NCBI GenBank assembly: GCA_963666205.1
Contig: OY762654.1
Location: 768,001 to 832,000, forward strand
From: Synergistales bacterium
GTDB taxonomy: Bacteria; Synergistota; Synergistia; Synergistales; JAFGMB01
Direction of reading: 5' to 3'
Length of the DNA stretch: 64,000 nucleotides
This document shows positions 38,744-50,000 of the stretch, one piece after another. Both the position numbers and the translations under genes were made by a program. The notes below the pieces were generated by a model, which was given only the letters and a program-made list of their open reading frames with translations, was not told the DNA's origin and did not search any database. Positions within the stretch are counted from its first letter, which is position 1; every line of letters begins with the position of its first letter.

Positions 38744-40669
38744 CTACACCTCTGAAAGTTTAAAAATGATACAGCAGAGAGGGGGTAATGTAACCATAAG
38801 AGAGAAGGGACGTCCATGGTGTTGAATCTTCTCTGCTTCTATACCACCAAAATTTCCATGACCGGTCCCACCATATATATGGGAATCACTGTTCAGGATT
38901 TCACACCAGTATCCTGAATAAGGGACCCCTATCCTGTATTCATATCTGGGCTCAGGTGTAAAGTTACAGACAGTAAGGATAAGGGATTTACCATCTGATC
39001 TTAAAAAAGCAATTATACTTTTTTCTGCATCGCCAAAATCGATCCATTCAAATCCCTTTGGATCATCATCTGTGGAAAAAAGAGCTCTTTCATTTCGGTA
39101 CATACTGTTCAGGTCCCTTACCCATAAAGATACACCCTGGTGAGGGAGGTGATCCAGCAGATCCCAGTGCAGGTATCCGTCATGATTCCATTCAGACATC
39201 TGTCCCATCTCGACACCCATAAAAAGGAGTTTCTTTCCAGGGTGGGCATACATATAACCTAAAAAAGCTCTCATATTTGCAAATTTTCTCCACGTATCCC
39301 CCGGCATCTTGTTAAGAAGGGATCCCTTGCCATAAACTACTTCATCATGGGATATAGGTAACAGGAAGTTCTCGGTAAAAGCATACCAGATACTGAAGGT
39401 GAGTTTATCGTGATGATATTTCCTGAAGATGGGATCAGTGCTCATATATTCCAGGATGTCATGCATCCATCCCATGTTCCATTTCATTGAGAAACCAAGA
39501 CCTCCAACATGAACCGGTCTGGTAACCATGGGCCAGGATGTTGATTCTTCCGCGATCATCTGAACATGGGGGAATCGCTCAAAAACAGCTGTATTAAGTT
39601 TTCTCAGTAAATCAATGGCATCAAGGTTTTCCCTTCCGCCATACCTGTTGGGTATCCATTGTCCCTCCTCCCTGGAATAATCCAGGTACAGCATTGATGC
39701 AACTCCATCTATCCTCAGACCATCTGCATGGTAACGATCGATCCAGAACATGGCGCTGCTTATAAGGAACGCATGCACCTCTTTTCTCCCGTAATTGAAG
39801 ATACTGCTTTTCCAGTCAGGATGGAAACCCTGCCGGGGATCTTCATGTTCAAAAAGGGCCGTACCATCAAATCTGGCAAGTCCATATTCATCACTAGGGA
39901 AATGTGAGGGAACCCAATCCAGTATGACCCCGATACCCTGCTGATGAAGATGATCGATAAGGTACATAAGTTCCTGAGGAGTCCCGTAGCGGCTTGTCGG
40001 AGCAAAATAACCCACTGTCTGGTATCCCCATGAACCATAAAAGGGATGTTCCATAAGGGGAAGAAATTCCACGTGGGTAAAGCCAAGTTTTTTCACATGT
40101 TCTGAAAGAAGTGGGGCTATCTCCCTGTAAGTAAGAGGATCGGAACCATTGCCCCCGGCTCTCCAGGATCCCATGTGGATTTCATATATTGAGATTGGAG
40201 AGGTTGACAGGTTCATCACTTCACGCCGGGATATCCAGTCCTCATCACCCCATTCATATTCAAGGTCCCATACAACAGAAGCTGTTCTTGGAGACACTTC
40301 CCATAAAAAAGAGAAGGGGTCTCCCTTGTCAACAGAATAGTTATGATATCTGGAACAGATATGGTACTTATAAAGGGAACCTTTCCCTATGCCAGGGATA
40401 AAGCATTCCCATATACCCGATCCGTCATTTCGCAAGGAAAGCAGATTCTCTCCCTGTTTCCATTGATTAAAATCACCGATAAGAGACACTTCTACCGCAT
40501 TCGGAGCCCAGACTGCAAAATACGTACCCTTTGAACCAGAATTTACTAATTCATGGGAGCCAAGCTTTTCAAAAAGGTTACAGTGGGTTCCTTCCCTGAA
40601 AAGAAAAACATCAAGGTCTGAAAACAGGCTGACCTTTCCAATACTATCCTCTGATAAAGAATGATCCAT
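38744..40669 (-). CDS. glgB: 1,4-alpha-glucan branching enzyme
   Basis: VWAPNA, SWGYQ, DGLRIDGVASMLY, IAEEST, SHDEVV. Confidence 0.96.
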   Translation of the reverse strand: MDHSLSEDSIGKVSLFSDLDVFLFREGTHCNLFEKLGSHELVNSGSKGTYFAVWAPNAVEVSLIGDFNQWKQGENLLSLRNDGSGIWECFIPGIGKGSLYKYHICSRYHNYSVDKGDPFSFLWEVSPRTASVVWDLEYEWGDEDWISRREVMNLSTSPISIYEIHMGSWRAGGNGSDPLTYREIAPLLSEHVKKLGFTHVEFLPLMEHPFYGSWGYQTVGYFAPTSRYGTPQELMYLIDHLHQQGIGVILDWVPSHFPSDEYGLARFDGTALFEHEDPRQGFHPDWKSSIFNYGRKEVHAFLISSAMFWIDRYHADGLRIDGVASMLYLDYSREEGQWIPNRYGGRENLDAIDLLRKLNTAVFERFPHVQMIAEESTSWPMVTRPVHVGGLGFSMKWNMGWMHDILEYMSTDPIFRKYHHDKLTFSIWYAFTENFLLPISHDEVVYGKGSLLNKMPGDTWRKFANMRAFLGYMYAHPGKKLLFMGVEMGQMSEWNHDGYLHWDLLDHLPHQGVSLWVRDLNSMYRNERALFSTDDDPKGFEWIDFGDAEKSIIAFLRSDGKSLILTVCNFTPEPRYEYRIGVPYSGYWCEILNSDSHIYGGTGHGNFGGIEAEKIQHHGRPFSLMVTLPPLCCIIFKLSEV

Positions 40670-40840
40670 TTATTCATTCCTCCCTCTTGAGGAAGCATTA
40701 CCCGCTGTCCCCAAAAGAATTATATCAGTCTGGATCCATACTCTGTAGATCAGGAAAAACTGAAAGCATTCCAGTCTAGTTGTTATATTTATTTTAAAGT
40801 GTTAACCTTTTAATATAAGGATAAAAGGAGGGAGTTTACG

Positions 40841-42358
40841 GTGATTCATAACGAAAGAAGAAGTGGTATTCTCATGCCCCTATTCTCCCTGCCTTCAAGG
40901 TTTGGAATCGGAGATATGGGACCCGGGTCAAGGTGTTTCTGTGACTTTCTTTCTAAATCAGGCCAATCAATCTGGCAGATCCTCCCTCTTTCCATGACAC
41001 AGCAGGCTACGGGCAATTCTCCATACAGCTCGGTTTCGGCCTTTGCAGGAAATCCTCTCTATATTAGTCCCCAGATGCTTTTTGAAAATGGACTGCTCAA
41101 CAAAGCAAGTCTCCTGGATACACCAGACTTTGGAAATGACAGGGTCCATTATGATCTCGTAGAAAAATTTAAAACAAAGATCCTTATAGAAGCATTTCAG
41201 AGATCACCAGAAATGGATCACACAAAGAGCTATAGCAGTTTCTGCAGAGGTAACAGTTATTGGCTTGATGATTTTGTTCTTTTTAAAGCATTAAAAGGAT
41301 ATTTCCGGGAAAAACCCTGGTATGAATGGCCAGAAGATCTCCGGGACAGGAATCCGGAATCTCTTTCCAGAGCCAGGGTTACACTGGAAAGGGAACTGGA
41401 TTATCTGAAATTCGTCCAGTACCTCTTTTTTCAACAGTGGACAGACCTTCATGAGTACTGCAGGCATAAAAAGATCGATATACTTGGTGATATGCCCATA
41501 TATGTTGATCTCGACAGTGCTGATGTATGGGCCAACAGAAAATACTTCCAGCTTGACGGATCCGGGCATCCTCAAGCTGTAGCGGGAGTTCCTCCCGATT
41601 ATTTCAGTGAAAGTGGACAACTTTGGGGTAACCCTCTTTACCTGTGGGATAAACTTGAAGAAGACGGTTTTTCATGGTGGTATAACAGGATCGGTCATGC
41701 TGGGCGGATCTGTGACCTTCTTCGTATAGATCATTTTCGGGGCTTCCTGTCATACTGGTCAATTCCCTCCGGTGAAAAAACCGCAGTAAAAGGTCACTGG
41801 GAAAGAGGCCCTTCAAATGCCTTTTTTGAAGGACTCGCTGAACAATTCACCGAATTTGCCATCATAGCTGAAAACCTGGGTGTAATAACTCCTGACGTGG
41901 AACAGGCCATGAAAAAACTCGGTCTGCCGGGAATGCTTGTACTCCAGTTCGCATTCGACGGGGACATGAACAACAACCCTTATCTTCCCCATAACCACAC
42001 ACCAAACAATATAGTTTACACAGGAACCCATGATAACAACACCACAAAGGGATGGTTTGAAGAGGAACTCTCTCAAAAGCAGAAACAAATCCTTAACCTG
42101 TATAATGGTTTTCTAGCCGATGGCGATAATGTATCATGGGAACTGATAAGAATGGCCATGGGGTCAGTTGCAAAAACATGTATTATTCCAATGCAGGATC
42201 TGCTGACACTTGGAAGCTGGGCCAGGACAAACAGACCTTCTTTCTCCAGAGGTAACTGGGAATGGAGGATAGATCCTTCCTATCCGGAAGGTTCTCTTGC
42301 TGAAAGATTTTATGAAATAACTGCAATATTCGGAAGGTTGAATATAGAGAGTTCCTGA
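40841..42358 (+). CDS. malQ: 4-alpha-glucanotransferase (amylomaltase)
   Basis: GVPPDYFSESGQLWGNP, RIDHFRG, IAENLG, YTGTHDN. Confidence 0.96.
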   Translation: MIHNERRSGILMPLFSLPSRFGIGDMGPGSRCFCDFLSKSGQSIWQILPLSMTQQATGNSPYSSVSAFAGNPLYISPQMLFENGLLNKASLLDTPDFGNDRVHYDLVEKFKTKILIEAFQRSPEMDHTKSYSSFCRGNSYWLDDFVLFKALKGYFREKPWYEWPEDLRDRNPESLSRARVTLERELDYLKFVQYLFFQQWTDLHEYCRHKKIDILGDMPIYVDLDSADVWANRKYFQLDGSGHPQAVAGVPPDYFSESGQLWGNPLYLWDKLEEDGFSWWYNRIGHAGRICDLLRIDHFRGFLSYWSIPSGEKTAVKGHWERGPSNAFFEGLAEQFTEFAIIAENLGVITPDVEQAMKKLGLPGMLVLQFAFDGDMNNNPYLPHNHTPNNIVYTGTHDNNTTKGWFEEELSQKQKQILNLYNGFLADGDNVSWELIRMAMGSVAKTCIIPMQDLLTLGSWARTNRPSFSRGNWEWRIDPSYPEGSLAERFYEITAIFGRLNIESS

Positions 42359-42430
42359 TCAGGAGTATCAGATCTTACGCTTTTCTACAGGAAAATACTG
42401 GAGAGAAAAGGTAACAGGAGGTAGTAGATA

Positions 42431-44167
42431 ATGACACTTATAAAGTGTGGTGTTAACACGACAAAATCGCTTAAGGGTATCATGGACTTTGATCCGATTT
42501 TCAGGACCGTTGCATATTTTTCAATGGAAATAGGGATCAAGGCAAACATGCCCACTTACGCAGGAGGACTAGGGATACTGGCAGGAGACATATTGAAAAG
42601 TGCTGCAGATCTGGCAGTACCCATGGTGGGTGTTACCCTGCTCTACAGAAAGGGCTACTTTACACAGGAACTGGATGGAAATGGACGTCAGGTTGAAAAA
42701 CCTGCCGAATGGGATCCTTCTGAAGAGATGGAGCTCCTTCCCAACGAAATAATCATAACCCTCGAACAGAGGAAAATCATTATCAGGGTCTGGGTACATG
42801 AGATTACAGGAAATACTGGTTACACCATACCAGTTTATTTTCTGGATACTGATATTGAAGGAAATGATCCAAAGGACCGAGCCCTTACCGGCAGCCTCTA
42901 TGGAGGTGATGAAAGATATCGCCTCTGTCAGGAACTGATCCTGGGACTTGGCGGCTTGAGGATGCTCCGTTCCATAGGATTTAACAATCTGAGAAAATTT
43001 CACCTTAATGAAGGACATGCAGCATTCCTTGTTTTGGAAATGTTACGTGAGGAAGGTTTTGAAAATTTCCAGAAAATCCGGGAAAGGGGGGTATTCACTA
43101 CCCACACACCGGTTCCTGCTGGACATGACCACTTTTCTTATGAACTGGTTGAAAAGGTAATGAGCGTTAACATTGTAAACCAGTTAAGAAAGATGCTTTC
43201 CCAGGAAGGTGTTTCCATGACTGAGTTAGGAATGCGCTACTGCTCATTTGTTAATGGAGTATCAAAAAAACATGCTGAGGTCAGTAGAAAGATGTTCCAA
43301 AAAGAGGATATTTATTCAATAACCAACGGGGTCCACCCTGGAACGTGGGTCAGCCCTGAAATGAAACTCATCTTTGATTCATCCATTCCTGGTTGGATAA
43401 ACGCACCGGCGAGGATGGTACAGTCCGTCAATATACCCGGTAGCGAGATATGGAAGGCTCATATGTCCGCCAAATCAAGACTGATCTCATATATTAAGGA
43501 TACACAGGGCATCAGACTTGATGAAAACATTCTTACCATAGGCTTCGGAAGAAGAGCCACCCCTTACAAGAGGGCTGATCTTATTTTTTCCGACCTTCAT
43601 AAACTGCTGGATATAGCCTCGGGGAAAGTTCAGCTCGTATTTGCAGGGAAAGCGCATCCCCGGGACGAAGGCGGCAAAGGGATCATTCAGAAGATAATAG
43701 GCCTTTCCGAGGTTCTCGGAGACAATATTCCTCTTGTTTTCCTTGAAGATTACGATATGGAAACAGGTGCACTATTGACACAGGGAGTTGATCTCTGGCT
43801 TAACACTCCCCGCAGACCCAGGGAGGCATCAGGAACAAGCGGCATGAAATGTGCCTTGAATGGGGTCCCCAATTTTTCGATCCTGGACGGCTGGTGGATC
43901 GAGGGTTGCATCGAAGGAGTAACAGGATGGGCGATCGGGCCTGAGGCGATGGAAGATTTTCTGTCAAGTTACGATGAGACAAAAGATGCAGACGACCTCT
44001 ACAGAAAACTCGAAGAAAAGGTGATACCCCTTTATTACAAAAACAGGGAAGGCTGGATCGGGATGATGAAAAATATCATTGCCCTTAATGCCAGTTATTT
44101 CAACACTCACAGGGTTGTCCGTGAGTATTGTGAGCAGGCCTACGGTATCGAATTCCTGGGAATGTAA
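42431..44167 (+). CDS. glgP: Alpha-glucan phosphorylase (short form)
   Basis: AYFSME, YAGGLG, HLNEGH, EASGTSGMK. Confidence 0.94.
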   Translation: MTLIKCGVNTTKSLKGIMDFDPIFRTVAYFSMEIGIKANMPTYAGGLGILAGDILKSAADLAVPMVGVTLLYRKGYFTQELDGNGRQVEKPAEWDPSEEMELLPNEIIITLEQRKIIIRVWVHEITGNTGYTIPVYFLDTDIEGNDPKDRALTGSLYGGDERYRLCQELILGLGGLRMLRSIGFNNLRKFHLNEGHAAFLVLEMLREEGFENFQKIRERGVFTTHTPVPAGHDHFSYELVEKVMSVNIVNQLRKMLSQEGVSMTELGMRYCSFVNGVSKKHAEVSRKMFQKEDIYSITNGVHPGTWVSPEMKLIFDSSIPGWINAPARMVQSVNIPGSEIWKAHMSAKSRLISYIKDTQGIRLDENILTIGFGRRATPYKRADLIFSDLHKLLDIASGKVQLVFAGKAHPRDEGGKGIIQKIIGLSEVLGDNIPLVFLEDYDMETGALLTQGVDLWLNTPRRPREASGTSGMKCALNGVPNFSILDGWWIEGCIEGVTGWAIGPEAMEDFLSSYDETKDADDLYRKLEEKVIPLYYKNREGWIGMMKNIIALNASYFNTHRVVREYCEQAYGIEFLGM

Positions 44168-44199
44168 AATCAGAGAAGAGCTTCCCATCCGGAACAGAG

Positions 44200-45681
44200 G
44201 TGATCTTTTTGTCTGACCATTTAGAAAGAAGATTCAAGGTCCTCCATGTGGCTCCTGAAATGGCTCCTTTTTCAAAGGTTGGGGGACTTGCAGATGTTAT
44301 ATCTTCTCTACCTGGAGCACTTAACAGAATTGGGACCGATGCCAGGGTCCTGATCCCTGCATTTCCAGGTGTTTTCGAAGAAGCAGAAAAAATGGATTAC
44401 AGAGTCAGCAGGATCAGGCGGAACATAGACCTTTCAATAAACTGGCGGGTCTACTCATCCAGGCTCTGGAAAATACAGTATGGAACTACTCCTGTTTATG
44501 TCCTTGATAACCCTGATATTTTCAATTCTCCAGGGATATACCCTGGAGAATTGGACCAGACAACTGCTCTACCCTTCATCTTCCTTTCCCTCGCTGCATT
44601 TGAGATCTCCAATGCTATCCCCTGGACACCGGATATATTTCATTTACATGACTGGTCTACTTCCATAGTTCCTATAGCAATGAAATGGCATCCCTACTTC
44701 AGGCGTTATCAGAACCAATACCGGACAGTACTCACTATCCATAATCTGGCTCACCAGGGAATTCTAAAACCGGAAGTGCTTGAAGGATGGGGATTGAATA
44801 AAGCTTTTCACATGGAGGGCCTTGAGTATTATGACTCTGTCAATCTTCTGAAAGGAGCCATTATCACGTCTGATGCAGTAGTAACCGTCAGTCCCCGTTA
44901 CGCATCAGAGATAACTCATGAATCCATGGGAATGGGCCTTGAAGGGGTAGTAAAGGAAAACATATCAAAAGTTTCCGGAATCCTTAATGGTCTTGATACA
45001 GATTACTGGAATCCGGCAAGTGACAGTTTTCTTCCTTCCAATTATGACAGGAAGAACATGTCTGGAAAAAAGATCTGTCGATCAGCACTCTTTGAAAAAA
45101 CAGGCTGGGAAGAAAACGGCAGTCCGCTGATCACTATGGTGGGTAGACTTTACAAACAGAAAGGCATAGAACTGATGCTCGAAGGCCTTGAACAGATCTT
45201 CAACTGGGGAGGCAGGATATTCATCCTGGGAAGCGGCGAAAAAACGTATGAAGAAGCTCTTTTCAAAAAGACAAGGGAATATCCTGATAAAATCTCGTTT
45301 GTTAGAGGATACGATGAGTCTCTGGCACATCTTGTTTATGGTGCAGGAGATATTTTTCTGATGCCATCCCTTTTCGAACCATGCGGTCTTTCCCAGCTGA
45401 TTTCCCTCAGATACGGGACAGTCCCCGTTGTCAGGGCTGTAGGCGGACTTGCCGACACTGTTCTTGATGCTGACAGTAATAGTGAAGGTTATGGATTCGT
45501 TTTTTCTGAGTTTTCATCTCATGCAATGCTGTTATCTCTTCAAAGGGCTTTCATATCCTTTAAAAATAAGGAAATATGGAATAGTATAAAGGATAGAGGA
45601 ATGAAGATGGATTTCTCCTGGAACCATTCAGCCCCAGAATACCAGGCTGTTTATTCCCGGATATTCAATTCAGAAGCTTGA
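44200..45681 (+). CDS. glgA: Glycogen synthase
   Basis: KVGGLADV, HDW, TIHNL, PSLFEPCGL. Confidence 0.95.
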   Translation: MIFLSDHLERRFKVLHVAPEMAPFSKVGGLADVISSLPGALNRIGTDARVLIPAFPGVFEEAEKMDYRVSRIRRNIDLSINWRVYSSRLWKIQYGTTPVYVLDNPDIFNSPGIYPGELDQTTALPFIFLSLAAFEISNAIPWTPDIFHLHDWSTSIVPIAMKWHPYFRRYQNQYRTVLTIHNLAHQGILKPEVLEGWGLNKAFHMEGLEYYDSVNLLKGAIITSDAVVTVSPRYASEITHESMGMGLEGVVKENISKVSGILNGLDTDYWNPASDSFLPSNYDRKNMSGKKICRSALFEKTGWEENGSPLITMVGRLYKQKGIELMLEGLEQIFNWGGRIFILGSGEKTYEEALFKKTREYPDKISFVRGYDESLAHLVYGAGDIFLMPSLFEPCGLSQLISLRYGTVPVVRAVGGLADTVLDADSNSEGYGFVFSEFSSHAMLLSLQRAFISFKNKEIWNSIKDRGMKMDFSWNHSAPEYQAVYSRIFNSEA

Positions 45682-45735
45682 GGTAAAGTAACCCCAATTA
45701 CACATTTTCGACAAGATCAGAATGGAGGGGGAAAT

Positions 45736-47016
45736 ATGAAGGCAAAAAAACATGGACGAGTTCTTGGGATAGTACTGGCAGGAGGGAAAGGTACCAGACT
45801 GATGCCTCTTACAAAATACCGTGCAAAACCTGCAGTTCATTTTGCCGGCAAGTACAGGATAATTGATTTCGCCCTTTCAAACCTTATCAACAGTGGAATT
45901 TATTCTGTTTATGTCCTTATCCAGTTCAAAAGCCAGTCCCTGACGGAGCACATTGAACGCAGCTGGCAGTTCGGTGGTGCAATGAGAGGCAGGGATCTTT
46001 TTGTAACCCTTGCTCCAGCCCAGATGTGGAGTGGAGAACACTGGTTTCAGGGTACAGCCGATGCTGTTTTTCAGAACATACACCTTATTACAAAATACGA
46101 TGCAGACAGGTTATGTATTTTTGCTGCGGATCACATATATAAAATGGATGTTCGACAAGTCCTGGATTATCACATGGAAAAAGAAGCAGATATTACAGTA
46201 ACTGCCAATGTTGTTCCAAAAAAAGAAGCATCCCAGTTCGGATGCATAGCTGTAGATGAAAGTGGGCAGATTACGGGTTTCGTTGAAAAACCTGCTGACC
46301 CTCCGGAAATACCCGGTAGGCCCGGTTTTTGCTACGTTTCCATGGGAAATTATATTTTTGAAAGAGAGATACTCGAAAGGACAGTCATCGGAGATGCCCA
46401 TGACCCTTCGAGCAGCCACGATTTTGGGAGGGACATTTTCCCCAAATGGCATGATAAATGCAGAATTTTTGCATATGATTTTTCATCAAACCAGTTACCC
46501 GGAAGAGATGAGCCATACTGGAGAGATGTGGGGACCCTGAAGGCCTACTGGCAAACGCACATGGATCTTCTCCAGCATAATTCCAAAATGACTTTATACA
46601 ACCCGGATTGGCCCATAAGAACCGTTTCTTATGCGGACCCACCTTCATATTTCTATCCTGTCAAGGGCCAGACCTGTTCTGTTATGGGAAGTCTTGCTTC
46701 CGAGGGAAGCCGTGTCTTCGGAGCAGTAGTTCACAGATCAGTCCTTTCAAGAAACTGCGTAATACATCCAAAATCGGTGGTTGAAGAATGCATTATAGGA
46801 CATGATGTTATTATCAACGAGGGATGCCAGCTTCGCAGAGTGATTGTAGATTCAAATAATGAAATCCCGGCAAACACCGTAATAGGTTATGACAGGCAAT
46901 ATGACAGAGAGAGATATCACCTGGATGAAGACTCGGGAATAGTAGTAATATCAAAACCGGCTATCAGATTACGTTGTGATCTGGATCCGTCCCTTGTTGG
47001 TGAAAAGGGTAGCTGA
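45736..47016 (+). CDS. glgC: Glucose-1-phosphate adenylyltransferase
   Basis: LAGGKGTRL, RAKPAV, GTADAV, FVEKP, YWRDVGT. Confidence 0.96.
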   Translation: MKAKKHGRVLGIVLAGGKGTRLMPLTKYRAKPAVHFAGKYRIIDFALSNLINSGIYSVYVLIQFKSQSLTEHIERSWQFGGAMRGRDLFVTLAPAQMWSGEHWFQGTADAVFQNIHLITKYDADRLCIFAADHIYKMDVRQVLDYHMEKEADITVTANVVPKKEASQFGCIAVDESGQITGFVEKPADPPEIPGRPGFCYVSMGNYIFEREILERTVIGDAHDPSSSHDFGRDIFPKWHDKCRIFAYDFSSNQLPGRDEPYWRDVGTLKAYWQTHMDLLQHNSKMTLYNPDWPIRTVSYADPPSYFYPVKGQTCSVMGSLASEGSRVFGAVVHRSVLSRNCVIHPKSVVEECIIGHDVIINEGCQLRRVIVDSNNEIPANTVIGYDRQYDRERYHLDEDSGIVVISKPAIRLRCDLDPSLVGEKGS

Positions 47017-47032
47017 TAAATAACCGATACCT

Positions 47033-47086
47033 CAGTAACGAAAGAAGAGGCCCTTCCAGCTGGAAGGGCCTCTTCTTTCGTTACTG
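47033..47086. terminator. 54-bp perfect palindrome between convergent genes
   Basis: cagtaacgaaagaagaggcccttccag|ctggaagggcctcttctttcgttactg: 27-nt arms, no spacer. Confidence 0.75.
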
Positions 47087-47088
47087 TT

Positions 47089-50000
47089 TCACTGCTTGAA
47101 TATCTGTTTAAGGATCTCCTCTTTAATCTGTTCTTCAACATTCTTCTTATCTCCCACGTCAGGACTCTGTCCAGGCTGTTCCGGCATAACTTCCTGGGGT
47201 TTCTGAATTATATCTGCAGGTACAGACTGTTCCTGCTGCACCTGCTGTTGAGACTCGACCTCCGCAGGAGACTCGATTTTTAATGCGGAGACCTTTGGCT
47301 TCGTGAAGGTACCACCTACCTTGAAGGTAGCATCCCTGAAATCATTCTTGCCCGTCTGCTCTCCAGCACCCTGTATAACTCCTTTAAGTAAACCTTCTAT
47401 GGATTTATCCGCAGCAAGACCACCAGTTGCCCCTCCAAGCAATATATTAAGCAACTGAATATTAAAATTCCCTTTACATGAAAGGTCCAGCCTGGATTCG
47501 GGGCCTACTGGCCCCTCCGCCTTGAAATACCTGTAAAGGGGATCCCCATCGAATGCTTTAACCTCTGTATCTGTTTTAAGGATCAGTTTTCCGGTTCCCA
47601 GATCAAAGGGGGCATATACAGATCTGTAACGGAGTGATTTCATACCATGAAGGGCCGCTACAAGACTTATCCCCTTGAACCCGGATATATCCCCTTCCCC
47701 CACTTTTAACAATCCATTGCCCTTATAGGAAAATCCCCCGGCAAAGTCACCTTCAACCTTGGCAAACAACTGGGCTTTACCCGTAATATGGCCTTTGATA
47801 CCAAAGGCATCCCTCAGCATAACATCTAAATCGGTTCCTGTTATATCAATGCTCTCCCTGAATTTTAATTTCTGAATATCCAGAGAACCTTCTCCTTTTA
47901 CAGAACCACCATAAAGGTTAGCTCTACCCTCAGTAGCGGTCAGAATGTTTCCTTCAAGGGATATGGGATATTCGACTTCTGTAAATCTGATGCCCATGCC
48001 AGCTATCTGTGGAGAAGAGAGACTGCCAGAACCGGAATTACCGCCTTCTTCAAAATGTCCCTTGAAGTCAAGATCTATTTCCCCTGTAATGTTAAAATCC
48101 TTTACCTGGGGGAAACCGGCTGTAAGCACTGAAAGGTCCAGCTTCGACCCTTTTATGACAATATCTGCATTTGAGGCTTTTGGCTTTAACTGGCCGGATA
48201 TATCTACAGTACCTCCACCGGCGCGGGCCTGGAGTTTCTCTATCTTGACAAGAGACATATTCCCCGCAAGAGATGCAGAAATATCCTGCATTTTCATACC
48301 TCTCGCAGCAAAGGATGACGAACTGCCTGTAACTTTAAAGGATGGATCGGAGAGGGGCCCCTTAACCGTGACTTCTCCGGTCAGAACACCATCCAGTGGC
48401 ATCATATCCTTCATAGCGGAGGTGACTTCCTTCAGATCAATAGCAGAAGCCTTTATAATCAGATCCAGATCAGGATCCTTGTCCTTTGATGCAAGATTGA
48501 TAAGACCCGAAGCATTCAGGCTGCCATCACCAATAAAAGCCTTACTATCATTAATATTGACAACATTTCCTTTTTTCTCCAGGTTAAGGATAATATTGTT
48601 TACAGGTACATCGGCTAATCTGGCGGAAGAAGCGGAAAGAGAAATTTTGAGATCTTCCGGAATCTTTTTCGGAATCCGGGACAATGTAGTCTCTAAACTC
48701 AGGTTAGAGAAACTGTGCTTTTTCATTACGCCAAGAGAACTGGAAAAAAGATCTACGCTCATACCAGGATCAGGAAGAACGCCTTTAAACCTGACTTTAC
48801 CTGATATATTCCCCTTAAGGTCATATCGGGATACCACGGGGACGAATTTTTCGAAGAAACTGCTATCCATACCATCTGATCGAATCTCCAGATCTATTCC
48901 TCTTGACTTTGTTGAAAGTCCAGATATTTTTCCGCCCCCCGAAAGGGAAGCACCCCTCCATCCAGCTTTAATTTCAGAAAAACTCAGAGTGTCGTTACTG
49001 AATCTGAAGACAGTTAAAGGATTGGCCAATTCCTCTTTCTTCACCATTAACTTCCTGGACCAGATCTTTCCTGAAATTTCCGGATTGTCACTTTTGCCCG
49101 AAATTCTCAAGTCTCCATCCAGCATACCTTCCGCCTGAACCACTTCGAGAACGGGAACTATTGGCTGAAGGTTTTTTAAATTAAAAGACCGAAGGTTACC
49201 CCTGATATCAAGCACAGGAGAAGTCATAAAAGAGGCAACAGAACCCGAAAAATCAAGGGGTGCCTTGTCATATTCACTCTTACCCCTGATCTGCATATTT
49301 CCCCTGGAGATATTTATACCCAGATCGGAGTTATCAATTGAATATCCCATAAATTTGAGCTGACGGGACTGGATCTGGATCTGGCCATCAGGGGCGGAAA
49401 CCTTCCCTTGAAGTTTAATCTTTACCCTGTCAATCATCCCTTCCATACTCTCAAGCCGGGGAGAAAAATCCTTAAGGGATGTAAGATTTACTGAAGTGGC
49501 CTCAAGATCAACAAACATGTCGGGAGCTGCTTCTCTGAATACAAAGGCAAGATTTCCCTTCAGAGGAATCCCCATGGGATTGGCAACAAGGTCTGCTATA
49601 TCAAGCCTGTTTTCCCGGAAACGCCACCTGGAAGAAGCTTCGCTGACGGGGAAACCTGCAAGTTTTTTACCCTGGAAGTTCAGTTCACCGCTAAGATCAG
49701 GTTTTTGCCAGGATCCGATGCCCTTAATGGATGTTGATAAAGAACCTTCATAGGATGAAACATCCCCTTCAGGCCAGAAAGCCAGGATCTTTGCAACATC
49801 CAGTTCGCTCACCTGCCCCTGTACATCAAGAACGGGAAGGATCTTTCCCTCGGCTTTAACTCTGCCCTGACCAACATGGATATCAAGTTTGCCCAGATCT
49901 AGATCATTATCTTCCTTGAGAATCTCCACATTACCCTTGACCGGGAGATCATCAAGCATAAGGTCAAGCTCACTCCTGATCTGCCTGCTCGTGAAATCCA

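Noticed and set aside
36321-47016. Glycogen cluster as a novel system
   Set aside because: Standard glgB, malQ, glgP, glgA and glgC plus a GH57 gene, with intact motifs.
47945-49138. 397-aa plus-strand ORF
   Set aside because: Antisense shadow of the AsmA-like gene with Ser/Pro/Ile-biased composition and no motif; the same applies to the many short antisense ORFs in the track.
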